This document shows positions 49,685-59,514 of a stretch of 64,000 nt of DNA, in pieces (position 1 is the first letter of the stretch; every line of letters begins with the position of its first letter). Source of the stretch: Candidatus Poribacteria bacterium (GTDB taxonomy: Bacteria > Poribacteria > WGA-4E > WGA-3G); contig CAXXUA010000005.1 in assembly GCA_963663765.2 (NCBI GenBank), positions 448,001-512,000 on the forward strand, in the 5' to 3' direction. Below the pieces are notes generated by a model. It was not told the DNA's origin. It saw only the letters and a program-made list of their open reading frames with translations, and ran no database searches. Position numbers and translations under genes: made by a program.

Positions 49685-50327
49685 TCCTCTTATGGAACAG
49701 GTGTCTCTGTTTCCTCTTTTAGATAAACAAATTGCACAACCCCAACCGTTACCGACGAATCAGCATGCTGCTAAGGTTGTCACCGGATTAAAGTACATTG
49801 CTGATTATCTCACTGAAGTGCAACATGATTGGTTGATAAATCATATTGACAAACAACAATGGAATACTTTTTATCAACGACGTGTGCAAAATTATGGTCA
49901 CAGTTACAACTTCAATGGTCGGCAAGAAGAACAGGAAAAACCGATTGCTGCGTTTCCTGAGTGGGTGAACAGACTCTGTCAGAAATTGCAAAAAGATGGA
50001 CACATGCCTAAAGTCGCAAATCAGGTGCTTGTAAGTGAATATGAACCCGGACAAGGTATTGGAGATCATACGGATAAAGAGGCATGCTTCATGGATACCA
50101 TTGGTATTTTGAGTTTAAATTCATGTTGTGTGATGGATTTGACAAGTGTAAGTGATAAAACAAAAAAGTTTCCTATCTGGTTAGCACCAAGAAGTTTGAC
50201 TGTCTTAACTGGAGATGCAAAAAACAGATGGATGCACGGGATACCTTCCAGAAAGTCGGATATGTGGGAGGGACGAAAATATCCGCGACAGCGACGCATA
50301 TCCCTCAGTTTTAGGTGTTTGATGTAA
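49674..50327 (+). CDS. AlkB-like 2OG-Fe(II) dioxygenase
   Basis: RRVQNYG, EYEPGQGIGDHTD, WMHGI, RRISLSFR. Confidence 0.88.
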   Translation: MRSSPLMEQVSLFPLLDKQIAQPQPLPTNQHAAKVVTGLKYIADYLTEVQHDWLINHIDKQQWNTFYQRRVQNYGHSYNFNGRQEEQEKPIAAFPEWVNRLCQKLQKDGHMPKVANQVLVSEYEPGQGIGDHTDKEACFMDTIGILSLNSCCVMDLTSVSDKTKKFPIWLAPRSLTVLTGDAKNRWMHGIPSRKSDMWEGRKYPRQRRISLSFRCLM

Positions 50328-50350
50328 ATAGATGATTAGGAAAATGAAGC

Positions 50351-50686
50351 ATGAATGAATTAATATATCCATTTCTTATGAGCGTATTGCCCTCAGCGGA
50401 AGGTGGAGGCTATTTAATCGAATTTCCTGACTTACCAGGGTGTATGTCTGATGGGGAGACGATTGACGAGACAATAGAGAATGGAAAAGACGCTGTTTTT
50501 TGCTGGATAGAAACAGCAAAAGAGTTCGGTAACGAAATCCCTAAACCCGGTTCTGTCGATGTATTCAATGGACTGTGGGTTCAACAGATCCCTGAGTACA
50601 TCCACGTCCAAATTTTGCAACGAGCAGAGCAGAATGGTGTAAGTTTAAATACTCTGGTTACCGAAATGTTATCAGCGGAACAGTGA
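50351..50686 (+). CDS. hicB: HicB-family antitoxin (orphan)
   Basis: EFPDLPGCMSDGET.DE..EN..DA plus C-terminal RHH-like GVSLN. Confidence 0.85.
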   Translation: MNELIYPFLMSVLPSAEGGGYLIEFPDLPGCMSDGETIDETIENGKDAVFCWIETAKEFGNEIPKPGSVDVFNGLWVQQIPEYIHVQILQRAEQNGVSLNTLVTEMLSAEQ

Positions 50687-50960
50687 TTGTAGGATTATCT
50701 TGACAATGCATTAGCCGGAATTAGGTACAGTCGAAAGACCGTACCTAAATTACCTCAGAAAGTTAAATAGGTTAACAGGAGTTTTCATTGCTTAAGTTTA
50801 CCGCGACACCCCAGCAGATATGACACGCAAAACCTGTCATTTCCGTTTTAATGACATACAATGACCCTACCATAACGTGTCAAATGAAAGGAAATGAACC
50901 TACCAGATCGCAGCAGCGCGTTTGTCAAATGAAAGGCATGAACAGCCACCAAAACCTATC

Positions 50961-51380
50961 AATGAAAGGAAATGAAACATGTCAAAACTCTCCATCACAG
51001 AAGCCGTCAAAATCATTCCAGTATCAGAATCGACACTCAGGCGAGACCAAAAAGTGGTAAGGTATCCTTTGAAAAAGACCAGAAAGGACGCAAGCAGATT
51101 GATGTTTCAGAACTACAACGCGTCTACGAGCAGCTAAAAACACAGAACGGATCACAACCACCAACAGACGACTCCGCAGACCCATCAGAACTTGTCAATG
51201 AATGGGAATGACAGCGAAAAAGTTATTGAATTATTGGAGGGTCAAGTGCAGGATCTGAAAGAAAGACTGGAGAAAGATGACGGAGAAAAATCCCGCTTGC
51301 TTGAGTTAGCATACAACCTGCAAAAACAGAACGAGCTCCTCATGCTCCCTAGCACAAAGAAAAAACCCGGCTTCTGGTGA
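50961..51380 (+). pseudogene. Fragmented plasmid-type DNA-binding/coiled-coil protein; boundaries approximate
   Basis: KSGKVSFEKDQKGRKQIDVSELQRVY, then a frameshifted coiled coil ending KKPGFW. Confidence 0.55.
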
Positions 51381-51522
51381 TACTTCCGCCTCAAAAGATA
51401 ATACCCAGAAGGAAACATCGGAATGCCGATTATTCATTTTTCTAAATGAAAACGACGGGGCAATAATTGCAATCGCCACGCTTGTTCTTGCAGGTATAAC
51501 CCTTTGGTACGTCATTGAGACA

Positions 51523-51978
51523 ATGCGAATGAGACGAGTTACCCTGGAAATGCTACGTGTTTCCAACACGCCAGAAATTCAAGTGCCACTATATAGAATC
51601 CGGAGTTGGAGAGAACATACACTCAACCTCAATATACAAAACATAGGGACAGGTTTTGCCTATAATGTAAATTTTGATGGTAATCTTTCCACTGTAGAAA
51701 TCAGTTATAATACGCTTGCTGATAATGAAATAATGAAAAACGGCATAAACTGTTTAGGTCCTGGAAAGCGGTATCAAATACCGCTATTTCGGCAATATGA
51801 TCAGCATGATTTGCCAACAACCCTTCTTAACATGGATGTTACTTATATGGATTCAGCAAATACCCCTCATGATAAAACATTCCAACTTGATTTTACAAAT
51901 GTTGAAGGTTATACGCAAATAGGGGATCCCTCTCTTTATAGTATTGCTGAATCGTTGAGACGCATTGCAAATAGGTAA
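51523..51978 (+). CDS. Hypothetical protein; an upstream in-frame TM segment lacks a start, so possibly degenerate
   Basis: Frame is open from ~51310 and includes AIIAIATLVLAGITLWYV; NIGTGFAYNV motif. Confidence 0.5.
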   Translation: MRMRRVTLEMLRVSNTPEIQVPLYRIRSWREHTLNLNIQNIGTGFAYNVNFDGNLSTVEISYNTLADNEIMKNGINCLGPGKRYQIPLFRQYDQHDLPTTLLNMDVTYMDSANTPHDKTFQLDFTNVEGYTQIGDPSLYSIAESLRRIANR

Positions 51979-53185
51979 AGTTGATAATCATATGGGTCGG
52001 TGTGGCGGTGTTTGTGTGCTGTGCTGGAGGCTTGCGCTATGTGCCACAGGCTTCGCTGCGTTCGCTCCGCTACGCTTCGGGCGGTGATATTCGCTACGCT
52101 CCACCGTCCACCCTTCGCTGCTCCACTTCACTTTACTACGCCAGAGGCACAGGCGGGGAATGCCTAAATGGCATTCATACCGTTGATTTGGCGGTGCCTG
52201 TTACGGGCTTGTGTGCGAGAATACGCACCGCGCCCTTGCACCAGCAGGTACACAGTCCAGTGATGCATTTGCTTTGCCGCGCCCTGACTGTAGCCCTGCT
52301 GCCATTCTCATTGAACAGAGATTTTCCCGTATAAAAAACTTTTCTTGCTCCCCGTCTTTCGCCGCAATTTCTCAATTTTACTTACAATCCAAAATCGCAC
52401 GGAATATAAGCAGCACTGCAGTTTATCCGAATTCTATAAATATATATGTCCAGATGAAAAGTGTAAGCGAATCCCAATTCACCGAAGCCGTGTATAGGAA
52501 CTATCACGGCGAGCCGTTGACGTCTATTGCCAAAGATTTTGGTATCGGACAATCCACTTTGTCGCAACTCAAACCCGCCGCGCGGACAACTGGGAACGGA
52601 TACATCAGCAGATCGTTGCGACTGAAATCGTGCGTCTGGTTTTCGCAAACACTCCCCACCACTTCCTGTCGAGAGGACGATCCCCCAATAAACTCGATAT
52701 AACGTGAAAAAAAGTTGTTAACAGAAAAATACGAAAGTTGTATAATTCCAATATCAACTAAGATAAGCCCGAAAAATACGGGCACCTCATCTCAAAAACA
52801 AATATTTAGGTCTTAGCTTAGTCGCTGGGGTGCCGCACATTTTTTGATTAAATGGGAAATCCAGCGACTAAGCTATTGGTGTATCCACTCATGTGCAAGT
52901 GGTGTTTTATTATATTTTACGGGTATTTTCGGGTGTGAGATCAGGTGTAGTGTTCTGACTATTCTTGAAAGCACCTTATCGTTAATACTAATCTATAATC
53001 AATATCCATAATAGGAGGAAGGAAAACATGAAATTTCAATTTATGGCAAAAAACATTGACAGTTTGTTTATTGATGTCTGCTGTCGTCAGTTGAATAACA
53101 ATCACCGCCGTGTCAAAAGTCCCTCTGTCCGAACGCGGAGAGATGCGGGACACAAGCGGATAATTACCATATAGGAGATAGACTC

Positions 53186-54094
53186 ATGAGTATTTATCGT
53201 TTTTTTTTCAAGCCAAGTATGCAATTCTCTTTTTTCCAGTTAGTTGGAATGCTTACAGTCGTTTCTGGGGTGATTCTTTTCTCTATTCTCCACCTGGACG
53301 GTGAACAAGACAGTGCCAGAGAGGCACGGCTGATGCAACGTCTTGATGATGCCCGCGCCGAAGTTCTGTCCCTAAAAAAAGCGGCGGAAACCAAACGAAA
53401 CGGTACCCCCCGCTCCGCCTCTGCGTCGCTAAAGGTCTCCTCCGAGACGGAGACCGAGACACCCGCTGTGCACGCGGCCGACGACAGCGATGTTTCCATA
53501 TCCGACGACAGCGATGTTTCCATATCCGACGACACGTTGGAAGTTGTGCATACAGGGCCTCTCAAAGGTCTACCGCTGGATCTCGCCAAGAAAATCCATA
53601 AAGAATATACCGCTGCGTCCCTTGCGCGTGCAAAGCGGTATCACGAATGGGATCTTCGGAGAAAGGACTTTAAAGAAAGGGAGGGGGCATTGTTTGAAAA
53701 AGAATTAGCCCATAAGGATGTCCTAATCGCTAATTCAAAGAAGCGTGCCGAGATAATCTTAACGATTTATGCGCGTATGTCCCCCGAACAACTCGAGTCC
53801 GCGCGGGAAGAGGCATTGAAAACGCAGCCCGCCGAGGTTGTCGATAGTTTTTTTAAGCAAATCGCGGTGTCCCGCACCGACAAGTCCCCTGAGGAGATAA
53901 ACCAGGCGATGCAGGACGTCGAGAAAACTCACGAAGCTCTGGGGATAGAGCAGCAGAAATTGGTAGCGGAGCGGGAACAAATCACGCGCGAGGAGAAAGA
54001 ACTTCAGGACACAAAGCCCCTCCCACCGAATTTAGGTTTGGACGAGTTTTACACAGAATGGAAAAAACGTAATAGTCCAAAGCCCGCACCATAG
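53186..54094 (+). CDS. Hypothetical membrane-anchored coiled-coil protein
   Basis: GGAG RBS, N-terminal TM, internal DDSDVSIS duplication, higher GC than flanks. Confidence 0.7.
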   Translation: MSIYRFFFKPSMQFSFFQLVGMLTVVSGVILFSILHLDGEQDSAREARLMQRLDDARAEVLSLKKAAETKRNGTPRSASASLKVSSETETETPAVHAADDSDVSISDDSDVSISDDTLEVVHTGPLKGLPLDLAKKIHKEYTAASLARAKRYHEWDLRRKDFKEREGALFEKELAHKDVLIANSKKRAEIILTIYARMSPEQLESAREEALKTQPAEVVDSFFKQIAVSRTDKSPEEINQAMQDVEKTHEALGIEQQKLVAEREQITREEKELQDTKPLPPNLGLDEFYTEWKKRNSPKPAP

Positions 54095-54127
54095 TGGGCT
54101 TTGGGCATAAACCTCAATGGAGTGTTT

Positions 54128-54793
54128 TTATTGATTCGACTTCACAGATGCCCATTGCGTTGTCAATTTGTCTTTCGCATCAACAGGAAGTACTACTTCA
54201 ACGGTCATATCATCTTCCGGTTCACCTTGAAAGTAACGGAAGTTATCAAGCCAGAAATCAACATCCGATTGTGCGATAGCTAAACCGACCCACATCTGTC
54301 TGTCAACATCTGCTATTGAAGCAAAAGTGTAAGAATATTCCACCCATTCTGTTGTTAGATTGAAGGTTTTACCTTGACCGTGAAAGTTTGTCCAAGGATC
54401 CGCTTGTAGTTGAACGCTTATACTCACATCTCTCGGTTCTTCAGCGCGTGCCCAGAAAATTATCGTATAATCTTCCCCGCTTTTCATTGAAACACTCTGT
54501 TGATTAATCTTTGCATGCCAATCAATCCCAGTCGCAATGTGACCGACAATTTTTAGACATTGATCCCCATGTTGCGGGTCATCATCATCAATTTCCCACG
54601 TATATTGTGCCCCTCTCTCACAACACGTGCCATCCTCTAAGCTCCACGCTGCTAAGTCATCTTCAAAACTGTAGTTTTCAAGGAGGAGTTCTCCCTTTAC
54701 CCATTTTCCTAAATCTTGAGTTGTTCCTGCAAAAGCACTAAATCCTACAAATATAGCCATAATACCAACAATAATAATACGTATGCTATTCAC
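54128..54793 (-). CDS. Secreted carbohydrate-binding (CBM4/9-like) protein
   Basis: NYSFE, YTIIFWARA, LTTEWVEYSYTF, FWLDNFR; C-terminal VDAKDKLTTQWASVK. Confidence 0.8.
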   Translation of the reverse strand: MNSIRIIIVGIMAIFVGFSAFAGTTQDLGKWVKGELLLENYSFEDDLAAWSLEDGTCCERGAQYTWEIDDDDPQHGDQCLKIVGHIATGIDWHAKINQQSVSMKSGEDYTIIFWARAEEPRDVSISVQLQADPWTNFHGQGKTFNLTTEWVEYSYTFASIADVDRQMWVGLAIAQSDVDFWLDNFRYFQGEPEDDMTVEVVLPVDAKDKLTTQWASVKSNQ

Positions 54794-54968
54794 CTAATTT
54801 CTCCTTTTTCTCACTTTCTTATATGCACGTTAAAAAAACTATATTCTTATAAGCATAGACTGACATCAGACCATGAATGTATAACTGTATGAATTATGGA
54901 CAATAATACACAAATACCATTTTTCTGTCAACAACAAATTAACCTATGGGTGTGTAAAATTTTTGCTC

Positions 54969-55612
54969 CATAGGTGTCAATTTAAGAACAGGAATTACGC
55001 ACCCAACGGTAGGCGTGCTTTGTAAGCGCACCCCCCAACTGCAGGCGTGCTTTGTAAGCGCGCTCCCTAACTGCAGGCGTGCTTTGTAAGCGCACCCCAA
55101 TGGTAGGCGTGCTTTGTAAGCGCACCCCCTAACAGCACTCCCCTGCAGGCGTGCTTTGTAAGCGCACCCCCCAACTGCAGACGTGCTTTGTAAGCGCACC
55201 CCCCAACTGCAGGCGTGCTTTGTAAGCGCGCACCCCAACTGCAGGCGTGCTTTGTAAGCGCACCCCAACTGCAGGCGTGCTTTGTAAGCGCACCCCGATG
55301 GTAGGCGTGCTTTGTAAGCGCACCCCGATGGTAGGCGTGCTTTGTAAGCGCACCCCAACTGCAGGCGTGCTTTGTAAGCGCACCCAGATGGTAGGCGTGC
55401 TTTGTAAGCGCGCTGGCACATCACGTCTCAACAGCGCGCTTACAAAGCACGCCTACCGTGTGAGAAAATTTATTACCGAATTTAATAAATTAATCATCAT
55501 AAAGTTTGATGCTCAAATTGTCCAAATAATTATATGTTTTAGTATAATCGGGGTTGAAAACCCCTCCCACAAGAGAAAATACCAACACTTTTTTCTTAAA
55601 TTGACGCTTATG
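54969..55612. mobile_element. MITE family E with 19-bp flanking direct repeat, containing the REP array
   Basis: TIR CATAGGTGTCAATTTAAG / CTTAAATTGACGCTTATG; GTGTGTAAAATTTTTGCTC at 54950-54968 and 55613-55631. Confidence 0.82.
55008..55460. repeat. Tandem array of 13 ~30-bp REP-like units plus one inverted unit
   Basis: GGCGTGCTTTGTAAGCGC repeated with C-run + AACTGCA or (A/G)ATGGTA linkers; inverted copy at ~55435-55458. Confidence 0.92.
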
Positions 55613-56104
55613 GTGTGTAAAATTTTTGCTCAAACTACTCATTCTTCATTGTAGGGCGGGGCTCTGTGCCCGCCCCAACTGATTAAATGAGAGATTGCGG
55701 GGCACAGAACCCTAATGAGTTTTGACGTTCAAGTTGTGTATTCGTAGGGGCGTGGTTGCCACGCCCAATCTACGCAAACTTAAAAACCAAACGGGTTGGG
55801 GAACCCAACCCCTACGAATTCAACTACCGATTTGATTGTCAAACTTCATTAGGTGTCAATATAAGGAAATATTGTTAATATCAACCATACGCTTCAGTCC
55901 CGTAGGGACGATATGTTTATAGAAATACATATCCTCACGTCTTTTTTAGTCCCGGAGGGACGATATGTTTAACCTTCTATGTCGTTCCTACGGAACTCAA
56001 GAGAGGGGTGATCGTCTTTTTATAAACATTGCGTCCCTACGGGACTAAAGAGAACAAAAGTGTGTACCTCTGTGCAAAATCTTTACACACCCTTTACCTA
56101 TGAC

Positions 56105-56294
56105 CAGGGTGATTCAGTTTTACCCATTTTACCTGTTTCTTGAGAAAATCGCGACTGGCAAATCAAGAAATCAACGGTATGAATGCGCGTATAGCATTCC
56201 CCGGGTACGAATGCCTTTTGGCATTCCACGGGTCGCCCCTACCGCGGAGTTTCTTTTTCAAAAAATCCAAAAATTAGGAAACTGAATAACCCTG
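56105..56294. mobile_element. MITE family C with a doubled micro-element
   Basis: CAGGGTGATTCAGTTT...AAACTGAATAACCCTG; flanks ACCTATGAC / ATCTATGAC. Confidence 0.78.
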
Positions 56295-56440
56295 AATCTA
56301 TGACAGAGGCATTCAATTGTCCGAATTGACTATTGTGGGAGGGGTTTGTAACCCCGATTTCAGAGACAAGCATAACAAATCGGGGTTACAAATCCCTCCT
56401 ACAAAGATGTATTGTGACAATTGAATGTCTCTGAACCTAA

Positions 56441-56623
56441 GGTGTATGTAAAGTCTTGGTTACTGTGCGTAGGGACCGGGTCTCCCCGTCCGAACAGAAA
56501 CTTTATACAGGCGGGAAACCTCGTCCCTACGATGTCCACAGTTCCCTAACGTCATACAAACTTTGATAGAAACTGGACGGACTTCTTCTAATATCAGGGT
56601 TTCAACAAAAACTTTACTCACTC
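56441..56623. mobile_element. MITE family B, inverted relative to 1354-1535
   Basis: Reverse complement aligns with 1354-1535 along its length. Confidence 0.78.
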
Positions 56624-56743
56624 ATCAGTCACACGGATGTTTTTGTTGAAAATATTTTGCTATATATGCTAAAATGGTTTAACTTAATTACGGCATAGTT
56701 TGACCTATTCCGTGTGGTGAGAAAAGGAGAATACTCTAATAAA

Positions 56744-58819
56744 ATGAGACAATTTAGAACAGAAGCAATTAGGAATATTGGCATAATTGCTCATTCAGGG
56801 GCTGGTAAAACATCCCTGATTGAAGCGATGCTATATAATGGTGGTGCGATTGAGCGAATGGGTGCTGTGGATGATGGAAACACGGTAGCAGACTATGCCT
56901 CAGATGAGATAGACCGTAAGACATCACTTAGTTGTTCCGTGTGTATAGCGGAATGGGGTGATCACAAGTTGAATTTAATTGATACGCCGGGTGCGGAGGA
57001 TTTTTATGGTGATCTTCACAGTGTACTTCGGGTTGTGGATGCGGTTATTGTAGTCGTTGATGCAACGACTGGGGTGGAAGGCGGTACCGAAAAGGTATGG
57101 GAAGTGGCGAACAAGTACGAATTACCGCGGTTGATCTTTATCAACAAAATGGATAAAGAGAATGCGAGTTTTGAAAATGCACTTGCGAGTATTTCAGATA
57201 TATTGGAGATCCGTGCTGTCCCGGTGCAAATCCCAATTGGAAAAGAGGATGAATTCACAGGTATTGTAGATGTGATTCAGGATGGTGCGTTTCTTGAACC
57301 GAATGGAAACACACCAGTTGCGAAAACAGATGTTCCTGAGGAATTGACAGGAGCAGCAGAGGAATCTCGTGAAGCCCTTGTTGAAGTGGCTGCCGAGAGT
57401 GATGATGAGTTGATAGAAAAATTTTTTGAAGGTGAACTTTCTGAACAGGAGATTCAGAATGGTCTTCAAACCGGTATTCTTGAAACTCAGTTTGTGCCTG
57501 TGTTGTGTGGGGCTGCGTTGAAGAACATCGGCGTTCAGCAGTTGATGGATATGATTGTTAGTTGGTGTCCGTCTCCAGTTCAGGCGGGTGCAGTGCAAGA
57601 TGCTGAAGATGAATCCAAGACTCGCGAACCTTCACCTGACGAACCGTTATCTGCTGTTGTCTTCAAGACAATTGCGGACCCGTTTTCTGGTCAACTTAGT
57701 CTTTTCCGTGTGTATTCTGGGACATTGACAGGAGACATTCAAGCAAGGAATACGACTCGAGGACAAGTGGAACGTATTGGTAAACCCACATTCATGAATG
57801 GCAAAATTGCGATTAACACCGACAAGATTTCTGCTGGCGATATTGGTGCCCTTACCAAACTTGCTAACACACGTACTGGTGATACTTTGTCAGACACGGA
57901 TACTCCAATTAAACTTCCCGGTATTGAGTTTCCAAACACAGTAATCTCATTTGCTATTTCTCCTGCGCGCGAGGGTGATGATGAGAAATTGATTACTGGT
58001 TTGACACGTATAAGTGAAGAAGATCCATCGTTTCAGATTGACCGGAATGATGTAACGAAGCAGCTGCTTGTCTCCGGTTTAGGTGAGCTTCATATCACTG
58101 TCAATCGTGCAAGGATTGCTGAAAAATTTGGTGTTGAAACGAAAGTTGTCACTCCAAAAGTGCCTTATCGTGAGACAGTTCGTAGACCCGTAAAAGGAGT
58201 GCAAGAGAGGCACAAGAAGCAGTCTGGTGGTAAGGGTCAATTCGGTGATGTTACTATCAATCTTTCACCTTTGGAACGTGGAACTGGTTTTGAGTTTATT
58301 AACAATATCAAGGGTGGTGTAATTCCTCAAAATTATATCCCCGCCGTAGAGAAGGGCATCCGTCAAAGGATGGATCGGGGTGTACTTGTTGGTTATCCGT
58401 TAGTTGATATCCAAATTGACCTTTATGATGGCAAGTATCATCAGGTGGATTCATCGGATATGGCGTTCCAAATTGCGGGTTCTATGGCATTTTCGACAGC
58501 GGTGCAGCAAGCAGATCCTTGTCTTCTTGAACCGATCATGAAGGTATCAATATCCGTTCCTGATCAGTATATGGGTAATATCATAGGCGATCTGAATGGT
58601 CGTCGTGGTCAAGTGCTGGGTGTTGATCAGATGGGTAAACGTCAGGTTATACAAGCGATGGTGCCGCAATCAGAGATGCTTCGTTATTCTATTGATTTGA
58701 AGTCTATGACGAGTGCACGTGGGAATTTCACGATGGAATTTGAGCGCTATGACATCGTTCCTGATGACGTTGCTCAGAAGGTAATTGCTGCATCTAAAAC
58801 GGAAGAGGAAGAGGCATAA
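56744..58819 (+). CDS. Elongation factor G paralog (EF-G2-like)
   Basis: AHSGAGKT, DTPG, NKMD, GLGELH, YRET, HKKQSGGKGQFG, VDSSDMAF; not in an str operon; ATG 56744 after AAGGAG. Confidence 0.92.
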   Translation: MRQFRTEAIRNIGIIAHSGAGKTSLIEAMLYNGGAIERMGAVDDGNTVADYASDEIDRKTSLSCSVCIAEWGDHKLNLIDTPGAEDFYGDLHSVLRVVDAVIVVVDATTGVEGGTEKVWEVANKYELPRLIFINKMDKENASFENALASISDILEIRAVPVQIPIGKEDEFTGIVDVIQDGAFLEPNGNTPVAKTDVPEELTGAAEESREALVEVAAESDDELIEKFFEGELSEQEIQNGLQTGILETQFVPVLCGAALKNIGVQQLMDMIVSWCPSPVQAGAVQDAEDESKTREPSPDEPLSAVVFKTIADPFSGQLSLFRVYSGTLTGDIQARNTTRGQVERIGKPTFMNGKIAINTDKISAGDIGALTKLANTRTGDTLSDTDTPIKLPGIEFPNTVISFAISPAREGDDEKLITGLTRISEEDPSFQIDRNDVTKQLLVSGLGELHITVNRARIAEKFGVETKVVTPKVPYRETVRRPVKGVQERHKKQSGGKGQFGDVTINLSPLERGTGFEFINNIKGGVIPQNYIPAVEKGIRQRMDRGVLVGYPLVDIQIDLYDGKYHQVDSSDMAFQIAGSMAFSTAVQQADPCLLEPIMKVSISVPDQYMGNIIGDLNGRRGQVLGVDQMGKRQVIQAMVPQSEMLRYSIDLKSMTSARGNFTMEFERYDIVPDDVAQKVIAASKTEEEEA

Positions 58820-59011
58820 TTTTTCTGTGTGTTATTATAGATGATAGTTTTTCTCCTTTTATGTAGGTGCATTCTTTTCGGATAGGATGCACCTATTGCT
58901 TGTAATACCCAATTCACGTGAACTGTATTGCTAATTGTGCGGTTAGGAAACCGCACCTACCATCGGAAAAAGATAAATCCCGTCAATTTGGTATTAGTTA
59001 GGTAATTAAAC

Positions 59012-59512
59012 GTGTTTGAAGAAAAAAAACATTTACATCGCTACTTCCTTATCTGCTGCTGTATGCTTGTGTTGGTTGGTTGTGGTTCTGGTGAAATCCA
59101 GAATTTTGAGGGGATTCAGGCACTTATGGATCCGCGTACGGATCGGTTGGAAATTAGGATTTATCTGCTTGATAGACACGGAAATGCATTAATCTGGAAT
59201 CAGAGTATCCTGAGTCCGAGTGTTGGTGTAAGTACGATTTCGGAAGCGGATTTTATTACACATGCCGAGGTTTACTCAATGCGCGATGGTAAGAGACATA
59301 AAAAAGTGTATGATGGTAGATTGGTTGATGTGCGTTGGTCACAAGAACCGAATAGCCTTGAAAGACTCTTGAGTGCTGAGATTCCACGTGCGCTTATTGA
59401 GGAAGACCTTGAACGTGATACGCATTTGGGAGTGATTGTAGTTGAAGTCAAGACAGATAAACAGGGGCCTTTTACGGATACGATTGATGAGACATCGATA
59501 TATCGGGATTAG
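59012..59512 (+). CDS. Hypothetical lipoprotein
   Basis: Lipobox LVGC. Confidence 0.7.
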   Translation: MFEEKKHLHRYFLICCCMLVLVGCGSGEIQNFEGIQALMDPRTDRLEIRIYLLDRHGNALIWNQSILSPSVGVSTISEADFITHAEVYSMRDGKRHKKVYDGRLVDVRWSQEPNSLERLLSAEIPRALIEEDLERDTHLGVIVVEVKTDKQGPFTDTIDETSIYRD

Positions 59513-59514
59513 TT

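Noticed and set aside
55008-55460. CRISPR array
   Set aside because: Linkers are only ~12-14 bp and fall into two recurring types rather than unique spacers. The unit is the internal hairpin of a MITE found elsewhere, and no cas genes are nearby.
54939-55654. Repetitive ORFs (CAYKARL..., VRLQSTP..., VLCKRTP...) as repeat proteins
   Set aside because: These are by-products of the 30-bp DNA array. They are open in several frames on both strands and disrupted by C-run indels.
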